From the NCBI RefSeq assembly GCF_009914755.1, contig NC_060936.1: a stretch of DNA of 64,000 bases; one strand, given 5' to 3'. The notes below the pieces were generated by a model, which saw nothing but the letters and a program-made list of their open reading frames with translations, ran no database searches and was not told the DNA's origin. This DNA comes from the human T2T-CHM13v2.0 reference genome, Homo sapiens. This document shows positions 57,216-64,000 of this stretch, piece after piece. How positions within the stretch are numbered: the first letter of the stretch is position 1; each line of letters starts with the position of its first letter. The translations under genes were made by a program, and so were the position numbers.

Positions 57216-59599
57216 GTGAGACGGCCGCGGCGGCGGCGACAGCGCGGAAGTCGCGCGGGACCCAGAGCTTCCCCCCTGTCGCTAGTGCTGAGGCTTTCGC
57301 CTTTCCTACCCAGCTTCTTGCTCACGGCCCGGGCTGGGCTGGGCAGGGCAACGCGCCCCCGGGCAGGGGCGGAGCTGTAGGTGAGGCTTCGCGACCCCCT
57401 CCCCCTCCTCGGCAGCCCGGGGGGTGGGGAGGGGCGGGCCCCACCCAGACCACCGGCGCCCACCCGCGGGCTCCACCCAGCCGGGCTCCGGGATCGGGCG
57501 GGAGCCGAGGCGGTAGATGTGGGGATCCTGGGGCGGGAGGTGGGGGAGTGGGGACTGGGGCTCTGGGCACTTGGGGAGCGGAGGGGGGGAGGCTTAGGAC
57601 TAGTGAAGCCGCGGACGAGGTAGTGGGGAGACGGAGAAATTGGGGAGCCATGAGGTTGGGGTGCGGTCAGGGTGGATCTTTGGGTTAGGTGAGTGATGTA
57701 AAATGCTGAAGATGATTCTTTTCTTTTCGATGAAATGGTGAGATAAAAGATGAAGTGTATTTCAAAAGGACGATGAGCTGTGCATGTTGCCTTTGAGGCA
57801 GTTGCAGAACCTATTTTATTGCACTAGATCTCACGTTTCTACTTTAGGGTTCGATTCTTTTTCTTCTGGCGGGGTGGGTGGGGGGTCGGAGAGGGAAGAG
57901 AATCCCCTTACTTTGGCTCAGGTAAATTGTGAGCGTGGATGTATCTGAAAGTTTTACACCGAAGAAGAGGGAGATCTTCGGTTTAGACAAGTTCGTTCCG
58001 GCAGCCACCATTTGGGTCGCATTACGCTTAGCTCCTTCAAGGTGGTGTCTTCCAGTTTTTTTTCCCCCCAATGCCTAAAAGATCTCTTTATACCACCCTT
58101 TTACAGGCTTTATCCTGGCCCCTTGAGAGAAGGCCCCAAACTCAGGTGGTTGCTTTGGAAGGCACATTGCTGAATAATAGTTGCAGGTGGTTGTGGTTGA
58201 CTGCTTTGGGTGGATAAAGTGAACAATTGGAATAGTTCTGTTGGAGCTAATTATATGAAAAATGCTTAAATGTTTTAAAGTACAACCGTCTTTTATAGCG
58301 TGTTGCTTGCTCAGTACACCTTGACTTTTAGACATTTTGTGTTCAGTGCTAAATTGTTGAAATTTTATTTCTCATTTGCAGTTATGTTTCTTGCAGTCTT
58401 TATTAAAACACTTTAAAATGAAATGGAACTCTTTTTTTTTGGTAGGCTCCTCAATTTCTGAGAAATGTTCTTGGAGTCAAGTGCTTTAAAAACATTTTGG
58501 GGGCAGGTGTGTCACTTTGTATGGAAATATTAGAGTAAGCAGTGTTCAATGTTCTTCACATCACTCTTTCACAACTTAGCACTGTAAATCAGAATCTTCT
58601 TTTCTGGATTCTTGCTCCCTGTTAGATTACAGTATTCTCTGGCCCTACTTATCAGTTAGTGTCATTTAAGCTATTTCTTGTTCAGAAAACAGGTCCCATG
58701 ATGGACATGTATTATGTAATGGATGGAAGTAGACATGGCTCTCAATAATTCATTTATGGAGGAGGAGAAGCTGTCAGAAAGTGGGATTTAAGCAGTGACT
58801 TTCCCAAGGCTTGCCTAGTTTATTTGGGAAAATAGCCAGAGAAGTGCTTTCTTGTAACCCAAAAGAGAAATATACAGATAAGAATTTCAGTAGTTGCAGA
58901 TCGTTGCTTTTTCTAAGTGCCTACTTAATGAGCAGATTATTGTCTTCCAGCAAATACTTCTACTTTATAGAGAGGTATGGGAAACAGGACATAATAGGTA
59001 TTAAGTGAGAAAGTGTGTGTTCCAATTTTTAATTATAAATAAAAGATTTAATTAACTGTATTCAGTTAATTCATTTGGTAAAGTGAACAGTTTTGACTTT
59101 GGATTAGTTAGAAGGAAAACAAAATTGACATATCTAGTTTTCGCTTTTAAATTATACATAGACTTAATTAATTGGGACAAATGTGAACTAAGATACTGGG
59201 TAAAACTTGTGTGTACTCCTAAAATGACATTTGCATGGCTGGTAGTAAGCTGTGATTCTTGTCCTTGTAGGAATGAAATCACATAATTTGGGGAAAGTCT
59301 TAAGGTAAAAGTAAGCTATTTCGTTTAGCATTTCTTGTGCCTGAAATTATGCCTACATTTTATTTTTCAAAAAATGTTGCTTGCTAGTCATTACTTGTGA
59401 TATCCTTGTTGAGTCTACTGAGGTGTTTTTTTTCCTTCATTACCTGTGTCATAGATAAGTATGCCAGTCTGTTAATTCAACATTAATACTGCAAACTTAA
59501 AAGTGAAGGTTCTTGGCCGGGCGCCGTGGCTCATGCCTGTAATCCCAGCACTTTGGGAGGCCGAGGCAGGCGGATCATGAGGTCAGGAGTTCGAGACTA

Positions 59600-59848
<249 letters not shown>

Positions 59849-60289
59849 CTACTCAGGAAGCTGAGGCAGGAGAATTGCTTGAACCTGGGAGGTGGAGCTT
59901 GCAGTGAGCCGAGATTGCACCACTGCACTCCAGCCTGAGTCACGGCAAAACTCCGTCTCAAAAAAAAAAAAAAAAAAAAAAAAAAAAGTGAAGGTTTTCA
60001 TAGCAACAGCTGCTCGGTTTTACACTATGTTTACATTTAGAAGTATGAGAGTTGTTAAATGTGTATTTTACACATATTTCATCAGAAACATTAATGGAAA
60101 AAGATCAAGAAATGAAGTATTTTGGTTTAAGAATCAGTAGTACATTGATTATCAGTTTTCAGAGACATATAGTAAAATAAACTTAGCATACAGATTATGT
60201 GGAATATAATTTGTTTTTTTTTCTTATTTATTTTTTGTGTGTGGAATGTAATTGAAATCTGTTGCTCACCAAGTCTTTCAGTGTACTAG

Positions 60290-60510
60290 AGTTTGGGTTC
60301 TGGGGTCAGAGTGCCTGAGTTCAAATCCTGGCTTTGCCATGGTATGATGTAGGGCAAACTGCTTAATGTTGTTTATTTCCTAACCTTAACCTGTACCTTA
60401 ATTTCTTCATCTGCAAAATAGAAATAATAACAGTAGTACCTAACCTCTTAAGCTGGTCAAATGAATTAATTCATGTATTTAGAACAGTTTGGGCACATAA
60501 TTAGCTGGTT
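60290..60510 (+). mobile_element. MIR
   Basis: CTGAGTTCAAATCCTGGCTTTGCCA...TTTCTTCATCTGCAAAATAGAAATAATAACAGTA. Confidence 0.8.
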
Positions 60511-60618
60511 CACTAACATCATTTGAAGTTTAACTGTGTATACTATTTTTACTTAATAAGTATATATTAAATACATATTATGTACCACATATTCTAGATG
60601 CTGGTATCATAGTAGTGA

Positions 60619-60930
<312 letters not shown>

Positions 60931-61184
60931 TGAGTGGAGATCGTGCTATTGCACTCCAGCCTGGGTGACAGAGCAAGACTCTGTCTCAAAAAAAAAAAAA
61001 AAAATTAGCATGGCAGTATGTGCCTATAGTCTCAGCTACTCAGGAGACTGAGGCAGGAGGATCACTTGAACCTAGGGGTTCGAGGTTGCAGTGAGCTGTC
61101 ATTCCGTCGTTGCACTCCAGCCTGGGCGACAGAGTGAGGGAAGGCTATCTCAAATAAATAATAAATAAATAAAAGTACGGGCAG

Positions 61185-61870
61185 TAGTCAGGAGCTTATG
61201 CTGTATTGTTCCAGGTGAGGGTATCTCTGACCAAGGTGAAATGGGGAGGAGGGGTTGGATTTTGTATGTATTTTGAGGGTAGACCTATAGAATTTGTTGG
61301 TGGTTGTTTGCGGGATGTGGGCCAAACAGAAGAATAAAGAATAAGGTTTTTGGCCTGAATAACTGGAAGAATAAAGTTGCCAGTAACTGAATTGGAGATG
61401 GTAATTCATGGAGCATGTTTGTGGAGAAACCAGAAGTTCAGGGTGATGTCCAGGAAGAGTGAGAAATGTGGCTGTTTTCAGCTTCTTTGTAGTATTTATG
61501 ATTATGAGATAGGTGAGATCATCAGGGGAGTGAATTTTGGTGGAGAAGAGATCCAAACATCTGAGCCTAGGGGACTGATTCATTCACTTATTCATTCATA
61601 AGTTACTTAGTGAGTATGGTTCTTCTAGGTACCTTTTTAGGCATTGGGGATATAAACCTGACAAAAGTTTTCACCTTCATGGAACTTACCTTCTAGATAC
61701 GTGAGGGGAAATCAAGAGGAACCAGTAAAGGAGAGTGATAAGAAATCATTGAGTTAGGAGGGAAACCAGGGGAGTATGATATTCTAGAAGTGAAGGAAAG
61801 GAAGCTTTCAAGAAGGAGGGAACCGTCAGCGGTGTCATTGTTTAAAGTTGTGTCAGAATGTTGAGTAAGA
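61185..61870. mobile_element. L2 fragments
   Basis: GATTTTGTATGTATTTTGAGGGTAGA; AAGGTTTTTGGCCTGAATAACTGGAAGAAT; CATTCACTTATTCATTCA. Confidence 0.7.
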
Positions 61871-61963
61871 GAGAATTCTGCTTGATTATGATGTCTAATA
61901 ACAGGGAAATGACTAAATAAGTTTTAGTGTGAGATAGATGAGACAAATGTAAGAGTCTTTTAG

Positions 61964-62230
<267 letters not shown>

Positions 62231-63084
62231 TGATCCGCGCGCCTTGGCCTCTCAGAGTGCTGGGATTACAGGCATAAGCGACCACACCTGGCCTCATTCT
62301 CCGGGTAGATTTTTAAGAAATATTTCAGCCAGGCACAGTGTCACATGCCTGTAGTTCCAGCTGCTCTGGAGGCTGAGGCAGGAGGATTGCTTGAGTCCAG
62401 GAGATCAAGGCTGTAGTGTGCTATGATTGCATATGTGTATAGCCACTGCACTCCAGCCTGGGCTACATAGTGAGACCCCATCTGTAAATTAAAAAAAATC
62501 ATTCTTTTCAGAACAAAATAGGCAACCTGGGAGTGCTAAGGAAAGGCACATGACTTCTTATTGTTGTTGTTAATTTTATGTACACTTATTTTAAGAAATA
62601 GGTAATATATGTACTAAATTAGAAGGTATAAGAGAATACACAGTTAAAAGTCTCTCCTATCCCATCTAGTTCTTTCTGAAGGCAATCACTGTTTGCAGTT
62701 TCTTGTTTTTTCTTTTTAGCCAGTGAAATTTTGTGTAATAGGACATTACCTATTCTAAAATTGCATACATATAAGAAACATTTTATCTTCCACTCTGACA
62801 CTGAACACTGGCAATATTTTATACTTTTTGAGAAGGGTCTTGGTCTGTTACTCAGTCTGAAATGCGATGGTGCGGTTATAGCTTACTGCAACCTTGAATT
62901 CCTGGGCTCAAGCGATCTTCCCACCTCAGCCTCCAGAGTAGCTGGGACTGTAGCCATGTGCCACCATGCCTGGCTAATTAAAAAAAATTTGTAGAGAGAC
63001 AAGGCGTCATTATGTTGCCCAGGCACTATTTTAGAATAGCTTATTTAAAAGATAGTTTTAGAAGCCTGTCAAGGGAAATAGTGA

Positions 63085-63850
63085 CTGCTAGGATCAAACA
63101 TGGATTCACTAAGTCACATCAGACAGTAGTTGCCTAGAATTGACTTGGTTACTTGACTGATAAATAAAGGAAATGCAGTAGTTGGAATTTATGTATACGT
63201 CAGCTAGGCTTTTTCATGTCGTCTTTGTGGAAAGTACGAACATATGTGTCCTAGATTTCTTGAGGACAGGAACTATCTATTAGATACTTATTAAATACTT
63301 GATGAATGAATGGATGCTAGCATAATAATGTGAATTCACAAGTTGAATACCCAGGAAATAAAGAGGTGCTTGTTGAGGATCTTGGGTTTGAGGAACTTGG
63401 TGTTAGACTCATCCATACATTTATTGAAATGACACAGGATGGTAGCAAGACTGGTGGCATAGAGGATAATGGCAGCTGTGAACTAGTTGCCAGCATATCC
63501 TTACTGAGTATGGGGGATGTCCAGGTGGTCATTAGCTGATAGTGAAGAGGTAGAGGTTGAAGACTGTGCTGCTGAATAGCATGAGAATTAGACTAAGATT
63601 TTACGTAAGGGTTTGGGAATAGTGGTCTGGAACTGGCACTGGCAGGAAGGAAGGTACCAGCCTCATTTCCCAGTATTGGTTGTGGAGTGGAAGAGACTGA
63701 GTAGCTTTCACTTAAAAGGACTATATGAGAAGAGGTGTCCTGATTGGAAAGTCAGCTTTCAGTTAAGGCAGAGAGGTAGCAAGAACATTTCCCAAGGAAG
63801 TTGAAGACTTTTAGAGGAGTTTCTTGATAAAAGAATGAAGTTCCATGAGA
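63085..63850 (+). mobile_element. Ancient CR1/L3 LINE fragments
   Basis: CATGGATTCACTAAG...GGTTACTTGACTGATAAATAAAGGAAATGCAGTAG...TCAGCTAGGCTTTT resembles the CR1 reverse-transcriptase region (QHGF...YLDF.KAF). Confidence 0.55.
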
Positions 63851-64000
63851 GTGTATTTTTCCACCCTATTGGCTTGTTATCATCATTTAAACTTTAAAAT
63901 GTCTCTTCATCTTAATAAAAAACTCCAGATTTATACTTTATTGCTCTAAGTTGCTCTCTGCTTTACACACTTAAGAGTTTTCTGCATTTGCTGTGTATCT

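Larger units (their letters stand above)
56280..57670. promoter_or_regulatory. CpG island / ERC1 promoter, probably bidirectional
   Basis: Very high CpG density; GC boxes GGGGCGGGGC at ~57069 and ~57095; CRE-like TGACGTCG at 57109-57116; ETS-like CCGGAAG at ~56953; no TATA box seen. Confidence 0.9.

Noticed and set aside
56385-57651. Overlapping Ala/Gly/Arg/Pro-rich ORFs on both strands
   Set aside because: Typical of GC-rich CpG islands; mostly non-ATG starts and no recognisable domain.

Overview
Primate (human-like) genomic DNA, extremely Alu-dense, with no supportable protein-coding exon. Two CpG-island promoters about 41.7 kb apart point away from each other. The first (~15.0-16.3 kb) carries a minus-strand non-coding first exon that I recognise from memory as the RAD52 5'UTR. 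The second (~56.3-57.7 kb) carries a plus-strand GGC-rich non-coding first exon that best fits ERC1, so the window is most likely the 12p13.33 RAD52-ERC1 interval. Both gene calls rest on recall, not on a database search. The rest is layered transposon debris: Alu, old L1M, L2, MIR, CR1/L3, MaLR/ERVL/ERV1 LTRs and Tigger/MER DNA transposons. Nearly all supplied ORFs are Alu- or GC-rich artefacts. I find no evidence of a new multi-gene system. The most notable hidden structures are: (1) a TSD-flanked, polyadenylated ~330-bp retro-insertion of antisense old-L1 sequence inside an L2 at 29.35-29.72 kb; (2) a candidate distal RAD52 first exon sharing the ERC1 promoter, with tandem donors and upstream AUGs; (3) a ~240-bp G-rich purine tract grown from an Alu tail; (4) local tandem duplications spanning Alu-Alu junctions. 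Repeat boundaries and subfamily names are read by eye and approximate.
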